From: Candidatus Daviesbacteria bacterium
GTDB lineage: Bacteria > Patescibacteriota > Microgenomatia > Daviesbacterales > UBA10151
Direction of reading: 5' to 3'
NCBI GenBank assembly: GCA_016186955.1
Contig: JACPKP010000003.1
Location: 2,290-66,289 of the forward strand
DNA length: 64,000 nucleotides
Shown here: piece by piece, positions 1-8,634 of the stretch
Numbering within the stretch: the stretch's first letter is position 1
Layout: each line of letters opens with the position of its first letter
Translations under genes and position numbers: made by a program
Notes under the pieces: model-generated
The model's input: the letters and a program-made list of their open reading frames with translations, nothing else
What the model was told of the DNA's origin: nothing
Databases searched by the model: none

Positions 1-2
1 CT

Positions 3-356
3 GCTATTGTCCCCCAGTATTTAAAAGAATGGCCAACATCACCCTGCGCCCCTAATATAGTTTATGATTGGGAAAGCTGGTTAAGCTGGGGTGAATCTTC
101 AAGTACCTGGACGCCAATTGTCAGAATCAGCCTGAGAAGAGTAAAACTTTCTGACGGTTCACCGGATGACACCACAATCTATTATGCATGTGTACAGCCC
201 AATAAAAACGGTTCCTGTACCTGCAATGATTACACCCCAACATTTCCTGACCAGCATTTTTGCAAGGGATATGCCCCGATTGAAGATGCACCTAAGGATT
301 TAAAATGTGATTATATGATGGATACTACCAGGTTCCCGTCTTACGGCCATTTTTAA
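3..356 (+). CDS. 3' end of a probable secreted pilin/pseudopilin-like Cys-rich protein (truncated by window edge)
   Basis: Open frame from base 3 to TAA at 354-356: AIVPQYLKEWPTSPCAPNIVYDWESW..., with several Cys. The xVPxYLxxxP motif resembles GspG/type IV pilin globular domains. The N-terminus is not visible. Confidence 0.4.
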   Translation, partial: AIVPQYLKEWPTSPCAPNIVYDWESWLSWGESSSTWTPIVRISLRRVKLSDGSPDDTTIYYACVQPNKNGSCTCNDYTPTFPDQHFCKGYAPIEDAPKDLKCDYMMDTTRFPSYGHF

Positions 357-425
357 ACACTTGGTTGTTCGTGTGGTTTGATGTATAATAACCCCATCTT
401 AATAGAAAGTATGAGGTAAACATGC

Positions 426-1541
426 GTGACAAATATGACAATGGCCGAACTTTTGGCCAAACAGGACTTTCAACCTAAATTTTTAAAATACTCAAGAGGA
501 CAGGAAATTGAAGGAAAAGTAGTAGCTTTACTATCCCATGATATCATCCTTGATTTGGGGACCAAATCAGAAGGCGTCCTTCCTAAAAAAGAGCTTGGGC
601 CAAACATCCTTGAATCTATAAAACTTGGTAGCAGGTTGAAGGTGTTTGTCATCCAGACAGAAAATGAATCCGGCCAGGTAGTTTTAAGCTCTGACAAACC
701 AACGCAGCAATCCAGGTTTGACAGAAGTGGCCAAGCGCAAAGCCATGGCGCCAGGAAAAACCTACAGTGGAAAAAATTTGAGGACGCCCTAAAAAGCGGG
801 GTAATTTTGAAAGGGATTGGCATGGAAGTAAATAAAGGAGGTTTAGTAGTTGAGGTAGACAGAACCAGGGGTTTTCTCCCCTCATCCCAGGTAACCCTTT
901 CACAAGCTGCTGACCTGGATAAGCTGATTGGTAGGGAATTGGAATTGACCGTGATAGAGGTTGACCCCAACCAGAACAGGCTTATTTTTTCCCAGAAAAC
1001 AAATATATCAGAAGATATTAAAAGTAAACTTACAACATTAAAGATAGGTGATACCGTAGAAGGGTCAGTAGCTGCGATCTTGCCTTTCGGGATATTTGTC
1101 ACTATTGAAGGGCCGGATTTTAGCGGAGTTGAAGGCCTGGTGCATATCTCAGAGGTTTCCTGGGAAAAACAGGAAGATATCTCGTCTTTATTTAAAGTGG
1201 GCGATAGTATCAAAGCCAAAATTTTATCTGTTGATAATACTCTGGGGAGGGTTAGTTTATCAATAAAACAATTGCTTAATGACCCCTTCGTACAACTTAT
1301 TGAAAAGTTTCAGGCAGATGATATAGTAAAAGGAAAAATCAGCAAAATCAGCGCAATCGGGGTAAATGTAGATTTGGGTGAAGGCATTATAGGATTGATA
1401 CACAGTTCTAAGATGGAAGGGGATACAAAATATCAGGTTGGCCAGGAAATTACCTGTATGGTTGACAGTGTTGACAGTGCAAAACGGAAGATTAACCTGG
1501 CGCCTTTTATTACTACCACCAAGGGACTGATATATAAGTAG
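426..1541 (+). CDS. rpsA: 30S ribosomal protein S1
   Basis: Four S1 OB-fold repeats (GGLVVEV..RGFLPSSQV; FGIFV..EGLVHISEVSW). Confidence 0.92.
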   Translation: MTNMTMAELLAKQDFQPKFLKYSRGQEIEGKVVALLSHDIILDLGTKSEGVLPKKELGPNILESIKLGSRLKVFVIQTENESGQVVLSSDKPTQQSRFDRSGQAQSHGARKNLQWKKFEDALKSGVILKGIGMEVNKGGLVVEVDRTRGFLPSSQVTLSQAADLDKLIGRELELTVIEVDPNQNRLIFSQKTNISEDIKSKLTTLKIGDTVEGSVAAILPFGIFVTIEGPDFSGVEGLVHISEVSWEKQEDISSLFKVGDSIKAKILSVDNTLGRVSLSIKQLLNDPFVQLIEKFQADDIVKGKISKISAIGVNVDLGEGIIGLIHSSKMEGDTKYQVGQEITCMVDSVDSAKRKINLAPFITTTKGLIYK

Positions 1542-1548
1542 CCGGTAT

Positions 1549-1707
1549 TTAAAAAGCCTCGGGATCAAATTCTTTTTTGCCGATTACTTCTGCTACCAGT
1601 TTAGCTTTTTTCTTATCTTTTATTAAAAGACGGGTCCCTATTGAAATTTTGTTTAAATAGTCAGACAAATTATTTCTAAATTCACTTATAGAAACAGTTA
1701 AAGTCAG
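1549..1707 (-). pseudogene. Truncated Phd/YefM-type antitoxin remnant
   Basis: Manual translation: LTLTVSISEFRNNLSDYLNKISIGTRLLIKDKKKAKLVAEVIGKKEFDPEAF*. Matches the Phd/YefM N-terminal pattern. Begins with CTG rather than ATG, and no toxin gene follows. Confidence 0.55.
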
Positions 1708-1786
1708 AAGTACATATTGTACAAATCGTCAAGCTTGCTATTAAAAATTGTTATGTTGTGTAGAGTGGATTCTTCACTGTGCTCAG

Positions 1787-1858
1787 TCGGGGTGGAGAGA
1801 ATTGAACTCTCTGCCTCTCGGACCCGAACCGAGCGGTCTACCGATGACCTACACCCCG
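1787..1858 (-). tRNA. tRNA-Pro(CGG)
   Basis: Reverse complement folds as a cloverleaf: acceptor CGGGGTG/CACCCCG, anticodon arm CTCGG-TTCGGGT-CCGAG, T-loop GTTCAATT. CCA is not encoded. Confidence 0.93.
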
Positions 1859-1896
1859 TTAAACAACCATAACAAAACAATCTTAATTATACATTA

Positions 1897-1924
1897 TTGA
1901 CAAAATGATAGACGATCGTACAAT
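1897..1924 (+). promoter_or_regulatory. Sigma70 promoter TTGACA-16bp-TACAAT, probably leaderless transcript
   Basis: TTGACA at 1897-1902, TACAAT at 1919-1924, ATG at 1933, no Shine-Dalgarno. Confidence 0.7.
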
Positions 1925-1932
1925 GTTTTGGC

Positions 1933-2463
1933 ATGAGAATCAATAAAGGAAGTTTAAGCAGTATTATTTTAAGTATTTTAGAAAAATCTGTGGATGGATA
2001 TGTTAGGTTTGAGGATTTTGCCAGTAATCCCGGCCTTTATGCATATTATGGACGCTGGGAGAAAAATCTGCCAAAAAGTGGTTTTGCTAAAGCGATAGCT
2101 AGGCTTAAGGCAGGTGAACTGGTAGAAAAGGTAAAAGTAGATAACCAGATGATTGTAAAACTTACTAACGTTGGGGAACAGTTTCTTTTTGATAATAATT
2201 TAAAAGATGACGGATGGGATGAGAAATGGAGGATAGTAATTTTTGACATTCCTGAGCAGAAAAGAATTATCAGAAACCTTTTCAGGAGAAATCTTAAGAA
2301 ATGGGGGTTTAAGCCTCTGCAAAAATCAGTCTGGATCAGCAAAAGGGATGTTTTTGAAAAATTAACACGGTATATTAGCGATTTGAAGCTTGAACCCTAT
2401 ATAACTGTGATTGAGTCCAACAAGATTCTTCCTCCCATAATGATGTACGATCGCACAACATAA
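1933..2463 (+). CDS. PaaX-like wHTH protein with Cas2-like central domain (stand-alone)
   Basis: WDEKWRIVIFDIPE..R..FRRNLKKWGFKPLQKSVW motif of PaaX central/Cas2-like domains, plus N-terminal wHTH. No CRISPR array or cas1 in the window. Confidence 0.8.
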   Translation: MRINKGSLSSIILSILEKSVDGYVRFEDFASNPGLYAYYGRWEKNLPKSGFAKAIARLKAGELVEKVKVDNQMIVKLTNVGEQFLFDNNLKDDGWDEKWRIVIFDIPEQKRIIRNLFRRNLKKWGFKPLQKSVWISKRDVFEKLTRYISDLKLEPYITVIESNKILPPIMMYDRTT

Positions 2464-2602
2464 TGGGAATTTTGTTTTAGAGGTCAGAACTGTTAAAATT
2501 TAAAGTAAGCAGGAACAATGTTACGAGTTTTGCGGTTCGTCTTGCCCTACGAATTCTTGTTGATAGGTTCAGGTGCGAAGCGCGTAAATGTTAATTTTTC
2601 CT

Positions 2603-2678
2603 GCCGTCGTAGCTCAATGGACAGAGCTACCCCGTCCTAAGGGGTAGGTTGGAGGTTCGATTCCTCTCGACGGCGCCA
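2603..2678 (+). tRNA. tRNA-Arg(CCT)
   Basis: Acceptor GCCGTCG/CGACGGC, anticodon arm ACCCC-GTCCTAA-GGGGT, GGTTCGATTCC T-arm, encoded CCA. Confidence 0.95.
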
Positions 2679-2679
2679 A

Positions 2680-3366
2680 ATGAAGACAACGTTTCTAGTT
2701 AGGTTTCTGGCTTATTTTTTTATCATAGTTGGTTTTCTGGCCCTGGTTTTTGAATTTGGGCCGGTTGCTCAAACAGAGTTTACTTACAGGTATAATAAAT
2801 TTTTTCAAGTGAGATATGTTATACAACCTGTTGTTGGTGATATTACCCAAACACAGCCACCCCCATCAGATACCGGTGGAGTTGGTTTTGGGCAATTAGG
2901 CGCACCAACCGAAAAGATAATCCAGCCTGTCAGTACAGAGTATGGGATTGTAATAGAAAAAATTAATGCCAACGCAAAAGTTGTGCCGGATATAGATGTC
3001 GGCAATGAAAAAGAATATGTTAAAGCCCTGCAAACAGGGGTTGCAGAGGCCAAAGGATCAACCAAACCAGGGGAAAACGGCAACCTGTTTATCTTTTCCC
3101 ATTCAGCCGACGCACCATGGAATATAGTGCGTTTTAACGCTATTTTTTATCTGTTGCGTGAGTTAAACCCCGGGGATCGGGTGATAGTTTTTTACCAGGG
3201 AAGAAGATATGATTATGAGGTTTTTGATAAAAATATCACAGACCCGAAAGATATAAGTTATCTAGTTAACCGTTATGATAAACCTGTTTTGACGCTGCAA
3301 ACCTGTGATCCGCCGGGTACGCTGTCCCGCAGGTTAATTGTCCGGGCCAAGCTAATGGGGAGTTGA
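2680..3366 (+). CDS. Sortase
   Basis: N-terminal TM and catalytic triad His (FSHS), Cys (LTLQTC), Arg (RRLIVRA). Confidence 0.88.
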   Translation: MKTTFLVRFLAYFFIIVGFLALVFEFGPVAQTEFTYRYNKFFQVRYVIQPVVGDITQTQPPPSDTGGVGFGQLGAPTEKIIQPVSTEYGIVIEKINANAKVVPDIDVGNEKEYVKALQTGVAEAKGSTKPGENGNLFIFSHSADAPWNIVRFNAIFYLLRELNPGDRVIVFYQGRRYDYEVFDKNITDPKDISYLVNRYDKPVLTLQTCDPPGTLSRRLIVRAKLMGS

Positions 3367-3421
3367 GCAAATTTTAAATTTCGAATTTTAAATTAAAAAT
3401 TATTGTTGTACAATAAAAGAT

Positions 3422-4606
3422 ATGAGTAAACGTTTTTTGACCACCCTTCTGACGCTGGTTGTTATTGGCCTCTCTGCTGTGGTGGCTATATTCCTGGCTA
3501 AGGGATATCGGCTTTCGCCGGATACAAAAACAGTCTCAGGGACAGGCATATTATCAATCACCTCTATTCCTGACCAGGCATCTGTTTACCTTGACGGGCA
3601 TCTTACCACGGCAACAAATGACAATATCAACTCATTGCCCCCAAAAGTTTATAAAGTAAGAATAGTTAAAGAGGGTTTTATCCCGTGGGAAAAAGACGAA
3701 GAAGTAAAGGCAGGTTTTGTGACTGATGTTAAAGCAACACTTTTCAGGTCAATACCCTCAATTTATCCTTTAACTTATACAGGGGCTGTCAATCCGGTTC
3801 TTTCTCCTGATGGCCAAAAATTAATTTATGAAGTTCCGGTTTTACAAAACGCCAATCCGTTGGAGCTCAAAAGAGCCGGCCTTTGGGTGTGGCAGATGAG
3901 CAGCGAGAGGGCCATCTCTTTAAACAGGGGGGCGGAGCCCCACCAGATTGCCCAAAATATTCCGGGGCTGGATTTTACTAAAGGTCAATTTAAATGGTCA
4001 CCTGATTCTAGCCAGGTGATGGTTACATTTGCTGACAGGGTTTTGCTTCTAGATACCAACCGTTTCAACGATCTGCCCAAAGATATAACAGCCACAGCCG
4101 GGTCTACGAATAAGCAATGGGAGAATGACCAAAAGGCTAAAGATACAGTCAGGCTGGCTTTAATTAAAGATATGGGCATTAGGAAGGAAGCATCATCGGC
4201 AGCTTTCCTGAAATGGGCTCCTGATGACAGTAAGTTTATGTACTCAAAAGATGGTAAAGATAATTTCAAAGTGGTTAATTTAGGGGCAGGTAAAGACGCT
4301 GTATCTGCCAGGCAGGTGGGCTTGCCCCAAAACAAAGGCATTTACAGTTGGCTTGCCGATTCCGACCATCTGATTTTAGTAGAAACACAGAGTGATATAC
4401 CTGAAAATGAAATTAGTTTAGGCGGAATACCCGGCAAGATCTCGATTTTGGAATATGATGGGTTTAATAAGTCAGAGATTTATGCCGGTAACTTTAACCC
4501 TGATGCTGTATTTGCCTGGCCGGATTCGTCAAGGTTGGTGATTTTATCTTCGGTGCCAACCGCGACTGCCTCAGAACCTAATTTATTTGGAATTAACCTC
4601 AAATAA
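3422..4606 (+). CDS. Membrane-anchored PEGA-domain protein with TolB-like propeller
   Basis: N-terminal TM, PEGA motif (LSITSIPDQASVYLDG...YKVRIVKEGF), repeated WSPD/LSPDG motifs. Confidence 0.8.
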   Translation: MSKRFLTTLLTLVVIGLSAVVAIFLAKGYRLSPDTKTVSGTGILSITSIPDQASVYLDGHLTTATNDNINSLPPKVYKVRIVKEGFIPWEKDEEVKAGFVTDVKATLFRSIPSIYPLTYTGAVNPVLSPDGQKLIYEVPVLQNANPLELKRAGLWVWQMSSERAISLNRGAEPHQIAQNIPGLDFTKGQFKWSPDSSQVMVTFADRVLLLDTNRFNDLPKDITATAGSTNKQWENDQKAKDTVRLALIKDMGIRKEASSAAFLKWAPDDSKFMYSKDGKDNFKVVNLGAGKDAVSARQVGLPQNKGIYSWLADSDHLILVETQSDIPENEISLGGIPGKISILEYDGFNKSEIYAGNFNPDAVFAWPDSSRLVILSSVPTATASEPNLFGINLK

Positions 4607-4609
4607 CGT

Positions 4610-5620
4610 ATGTTTTTTAAAAAAAGGGAAAGATCAACCAGAGGAGGGGTGCTGGGTATATTTAGGCTATTTTTGAGCCTGGTGATAATGTTTATCCTGG
4701 GGTTGGGCCTGCTGCAGGCCTACAGGTCATTTTCAGGGATTGACCCTTTGACAATAAACCCGAAATCCCTTGTGAAAAATATTTTCACCAGTGATTCCAT
4801 ATATAAGCTCGTCACGAGTCTACTTTCGGTAAATCCTACCCTGCAAATTTCTGATGCAAAAAAAATCCTGGGTCCCTCAAAAGACAAGGTTGCTGTCAAA
4901 ACTAATACATTATTCAAGTTTGCAGTTATAACAGACTCACACACAGACTATCAAAATCTATCAAAAGCACTACAACAGGCAAAACTTTCAGGTGCAAAGT
5001 TTGTTGTCGGGTTGGGTGATTTTTCTGATGTAGGTACGCTAAGCGAATTACAGGAAACAAAAAGCGCCTTCGATCTTGCAGGGCTGCCTTATTATATAAC
5101 TGCTGGAGACCATGACCTATGGGACTCAAGGGACAAAAAATCCCCGCCGGAGGAAAATTTTAAAAAAGTTTTTGGCTCACCCTACCAGTCTTTTGCATTT
5201 GAAAATACCAGGATAATTTTGGTCTACGACAGTGATAATTATTTTGGGCTTGATTTAATGCAGCTTAACTGGCTTGAACAGGAGCTGGAAACAATGAAAC
5301 TTCAGCCCTACAAACAGCAGTTTATTTTTACCTCTATACCTTTGTACCATCCATCATCAGACCATATCATAGGCAAAACAAACCCTAAATTAAAAGATCA
5401 GGCAGACCACCTGATCAGTATTTTTCAAAAAAACGGTATAGAAGAAGTTATTGCCGGAGACACCCATCTCTTTTCCAGGTATACTGAACCCAATACCGGT
5501 ATGAAGATGACCACAGTAGGCGCAGTAACCTCAAGCAGGAATCCACAGGCGCCCAGGTTTGCCATAGTTGATATTTTTGATGACGGCAGCTACAATATTG
5601 AAGATGTGGAGATTAAATGA
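4610..5620 (+). CDS. Calcineurin-like metallophosphoesterase, membrane anchored
   Basis: DSH, GD, GDHD and GDTH motifs; N-terminal TM. Confidence 0.85.
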   Translation: MFFKKRERSTRGGVLGIFRLFLSLVIMFILGLGLLQAYRSFSGIDPLTINPKSLVKNIFTSDSIYKLVTSLLSVNPTLQISDAKKILGPSKDKVAVKTNTLFKFAVITDSHTDYQNLSKALQQAKLSGAKFVVGLGDFSDVGTLSELQETKSAFDLAGLPYYITAGDHDLWDSRDKKSPPEENFKKVFGSPYQSFAFENTRIILVYDSDNYFGLDLMQLNWLEQELETMKLQPYKQQFIFTSIPLYHPSSDHIIGKTNPKLKDQADHLISIFQKNGIEEVIAGDTHLFSRYTEPNTGMKMTTVGAVTSSRNPQAPRFAIVDIFDDGSYNIEDVEIK

Positions 5621-6123
5621 TTGAACAAACATTAGTATTGATAAAACCTGATGGTGTAAAACGCAGTTTGATCGGTGAGATCATTAAAAGATATGAAAGC
5701 GCTAGTTTGATCGTGGTTGACCTTAAATTGTTGCGGGCTGAAAAAGATATTGTTGGCCAGCACTATCCCGAGGAAGATGAATATATGATCTCATTAGGTA
5801 AAAAAAGCGCTGCTGCCGGGGATGAGGTTGGTGATTTTAAAGAGCACGGTAGGATGATAGTAAGGGCTTTGAGGGAGTATATTACATCCGGTCCTATTGC
5901 CGCGGTAGTGTTAGAAGGGGATGATGCTATAGCCAGAGTCCGCAAAATTACAGGCTACACAGACCCCAAATCTGCAGACAAAGGGACAATAAGGGGAGAT
6001 TTAGGGGAGGACTCAATACTGGAAGCAAACCGTGAGAAAAGACCGGTGAAAAACCTTATTCACGCATCCGGTACGATGGAGGAAGCTAAAAGGGAAATTA
6101 AGCTTTGGTTCCCGGACGCGTAA
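5617..6123 (+). CDS. ndk: Nucleoside-diphosphate kinase
   Basis: EQTLVLIKPDGV, GTIRGD, NLIHAS catalytic His. Confidence 0.95.
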   Translation: MIEQTLVLIKPDGVKRSLIGEIIKRYESASLIVVDLKLLRAEKDIVGQHYPEEDEYMISLGKKSAAAGDEVGDFKEHGRMIVRALREYITSGPIAAVVLEGDDAIARVRKITGYTDPKSADKGTIRGDLGEDSILEANREKRPVKNLIHASGTMEEAKREIKLWFPDA

Positions 6124-6161
6124 TTAGTATTTCCCGCAACATCGTTTGATACAATACTCAT

Positions 6162-7550
6162 ATGGCTCGGACTTCATCCATCTATGTTTGCCAGCAATGC
6201 GGGTATCAGTCTCCCCAGTTTTTGGGGAAGTGCCCGCAATGCCAAACATGGAATTCACTGGTGGAGGAAGTGGAAGAAAGTAAAAAGTCAAAGGTCAAAG
6301 GTCAAAAGTATGGTAGCTCTGGAAGAGCTTCCGTCATAAATTTAGTTGATGTACAAAAAGAACATTATGATAGGATAAGTACTGATATCGGGGAGTTTGA
6401 TAGGGTATTGGGTGGCGGGATAGTCAGGGGAGCAGTAGTGCTTATCGCAGGAGATCCGGGGATAGGGAAAAGTACTTTATTGACACAGTTAGCGCTAAAT
6501 GTCAACCTCTCCATGCAATCTAAAAAAAAGATTGCCACGTCCTCCGATGGACATCGGAGTCCTCGCAATGACATAGGAGGGGTGCTTTATATTTCAGGCG
6601 AAGAATCTGCCCACCAGATTAAGCTGAGGGTGGAAAGGATCAAAAAAAATGCTGATTTGGCTGTTTTAAATGAAGTTGATGTAGATGTTATCTCTGAGGC
6701 TATCAGCCTCACCAGGCCTGGTCTTGTGATCGTAGATTCAATCCAAACTCTGGTTACAGGGGACCTGGCGTCTGTAGCAGGTTCTGTCGGCCAGGTTAGG
6801 GAATGTGCAAACAGGCTGCAAAGGGTTGCCAAGGCCAACCATATCCCGGTGTTTATAGTTGGTCATGTGACAAAAGAAGGTACGGTAGCAGGCCCCAAGA
6901 CGCTTGAGCATCTGGTTGATGTAGTGTTAAGCCTGGAAGGTGACCCGCAAAGCAGTTACAGGATACTCAGGGGGGTTAAAAACAGGTTTGGTTCAACAGA
7001 TGAGGTTGGCATTTTTGATATGGGCAGTAGCGGGATGACAGGGGTGGAGAACCCATCCAGGATTTTTCTCGAATCAGAAAGCCATAGGGTAAAAGCTCCG
7101 GGGTCGGTTGTGGCGGCTATCATGACAGGGCTGCGGCCAATCTTGGTCGAGATTCAAGCTTTGGTGACTAAAAGCAACTTGGCTATCCCCAGAAGGATTG
7201 CCCAAGGTATAGATAATAACAGGTTGGTGCTGTTGATAGCGGTCTTATCTAAAAGATTGGGTTTACCGCTTTTTGACAAGGACATATTTGTCAATATTAC
7301 CGGCGGGATTAAAGTCTCTGAGCCTGCCTGTGACCTTGGAGTTTGCATGGCTGTTGTGTCTTCTCTCAAAGAGCAGTTGGTCAAACAGGGGACGGTTTTT
7401 ATTGGGGAGGTGGGGCTTTTGGGTGAGCTAAGAAACATCAGGGAGTTAAGCAAAAGGACAAAAGAGGCTAAAAAACTGGGGTATACAAATGTTATTTCAC
7501 CGGAGAATGCTAAGTCCCTTGATGAAGTTTTGAAAAAAGTGCTAGAATAA
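6162..7550 (+). CDS. radA: DNA repair protein RadA/Sms
   Basis: C4 zinc finger, Walker A GDPGIGKST, KNRFG motif, Lon-like C-terminus. Carries an in-frame palindromic insert at about 6501-6572. Confidence 0.96.
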   Translation: MARTSSIYVCQQCGYQSPQFLGKCPQCQTWNSLVEEVEESKKSKVKGQKYGSSGRASVINLVDVQKEHYDRISTDIGEFDRVLGGGIVRGAVVLIAGDPGIGKSTLLTQLALNVNLSMQSKKKIATSSDGHRSPRNDIGGVLYISGEESAHQIKLRVERIKKNADLAVLNEVDVDVISEAISLTRPGLVIVDSIQTLVTGDLASVAGSVGQVRECANRLQRVAKANHIPVFIVGHVTKEGTVAGPKTLEHLVDVVLSLEGDPQSSYRILRGVKNRFGSTDEVGIFDMGSSGMTGVENPSRIFLESESHRVKAPGSVVAAIMTGLRPILVEIQALVTKSNLAIPRRIAQGIDNNRLVLLIAVLSKRLGLPLFDKDIFVNITGGIKVSEPACDLGVCMAVVSSLKEQLVKQGTVFIGEVGLLGELRNIRELSKRTKEAKKLGYTNVISPENAKSLDEVLKKVLE

Positions 7551-7554
7551 ATAT

Positions 7555-8514
7555 ATGAAAGCAAAAGAGCTGTTGGAAAAAACCCAAGAAGATGCCCGTG
7601 AGGATGAAAGTAAGCTATTTTCCCAAGCAGATGAGCACAAACCATCTTCCCAGGAAGAGAAAGTTGAGGAAGCTTATGAAAACATTACCAGAAAAATTGA
7701 AGCTTTAAGGCATGACGACGATGGATATGAGCAGCAACAACAGGAACAGGAACAGGGACAGGAAGAGGGAGAGGACGAAACAATCCCAACCTATACAGTA
7801 CCTGACCGCTTGGCAGACCCGGAATTCAGTAAGCCAGAAATAACAGATTTAAATTCAAAAGAAGAAGGAATAAAAGAAAAGGGGATAGAAGAAGACCAGA
7901 CTCTGGATGATTTAGCCCGGGAAGAAGAAATGATTTCTGAAACGCCTGTGCGTGAGGAAAACCAGGAAGACAGTTTTTCTATCCCTAATTTGCATTCACC
8001 AAGGCCGACATTGAATTTCCAATACCGGGAGCGTCCGGTCCAACCTGGGAAGAAACCCTCAAGGAACTTTTTATGGTTGGCAATAGTTGGTTTAGGGGTT
8101 ATTGCAGTTGCTGTATACCTGTTGAAAAACCAATCTCTCAGCCCTAAAAACCCCTCTCCCTCTCCTTCAGCTGCTTTGGTTATACCATCCCCCCAACCAA
8201 CCCCGACACCAATACCAACACTCAGCCCGGAGCAGCGGGGTAAATATAAGGTTAGGGTTTTAAACGGTACCTCTAAAACAGGCATGGCTGCCTCTGTATC
8301 CGCCCGTCTCAAAGCGCTGGGTTACCAGACAGGCAGGGCTGCCAACGCGACTAATTCTGCTTTTACTAAAACATTAGTTAGGGTTAAGGCTGAAAACATC
8401 AGTCTGGCTGACCAGCTTATCAAAGACCTTCTCCCTGATTTTGACGCCTCAGCCAGTTTAGATTTAAAGGGGTCAGAGACAGTTGATGGGGAAATTATAC
8501 TTGGAATTAGATAA
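7555..8514 (+). CDS. LytR C-terminal domain membrane protein with acidic N-terminus
   Basis: Acidic disordered region, TM, P/T linker, KVRVLNGTSKTGMAA...IILG LytR_C motif. Confidence 0.82.
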   Translation: MKAKELLEKTQEDAREDESKLFSQADEHKPSSQEEKVEEAYENITRKIEALRHDDDGYEQQQQEQEQGQEEGEDETIPTYTVPDRLADPEFSKPEITDLNSKEEGIKEKGIEEDQTLDDLAREEEMISETPVREENQEDSFSIPNLHSPRPTLNFQYRERPVQPGKKPSRNFLWLAIVGLGVIAVAVYLLKNQSLSPKNPSPSPSAALVIPSPQPTPTPIPTLSPEQRGKYKVRVLNGTSKTGMAASVSARLKALGYQTGRAANATNSAFTKTLVRVKAENISLADQLIKDLLPDFDASASLDLKGSETVDGEIILGIR

Positions 8515-8634
8515 TCTCAAATCTTCGATCGCAAATCGCAAAGCTTTACACTTGCCCCGCTTTGTGGCAAAATACCTCTAGCAAGGTTCATACAATCTGG
8601 AATTATCACCCCTTGCTAAAGGAAATTATCTTTA

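Noticed and set aside
470-1219. Long antisense and alternative-frame ORFs throughout the track (e.g. 470-1219, 7791-8312, 26425-26904)
   Set aside because: They are shadows of well-supported genes on the other strand or frame and have no recognisable motifs.
1933-2463. CRISPR-Cas system suggested by the Cas2-like motif
   Set aside because: No cas1 or effector genes and no repeat-spacer array are visible anywhere in the window.
2505-2602. Possible structured RNA upstream of tRNA-Arg
   Set aside because: Only weak end complementarity (AGGAA...TTCCT) and no recognisable motif.
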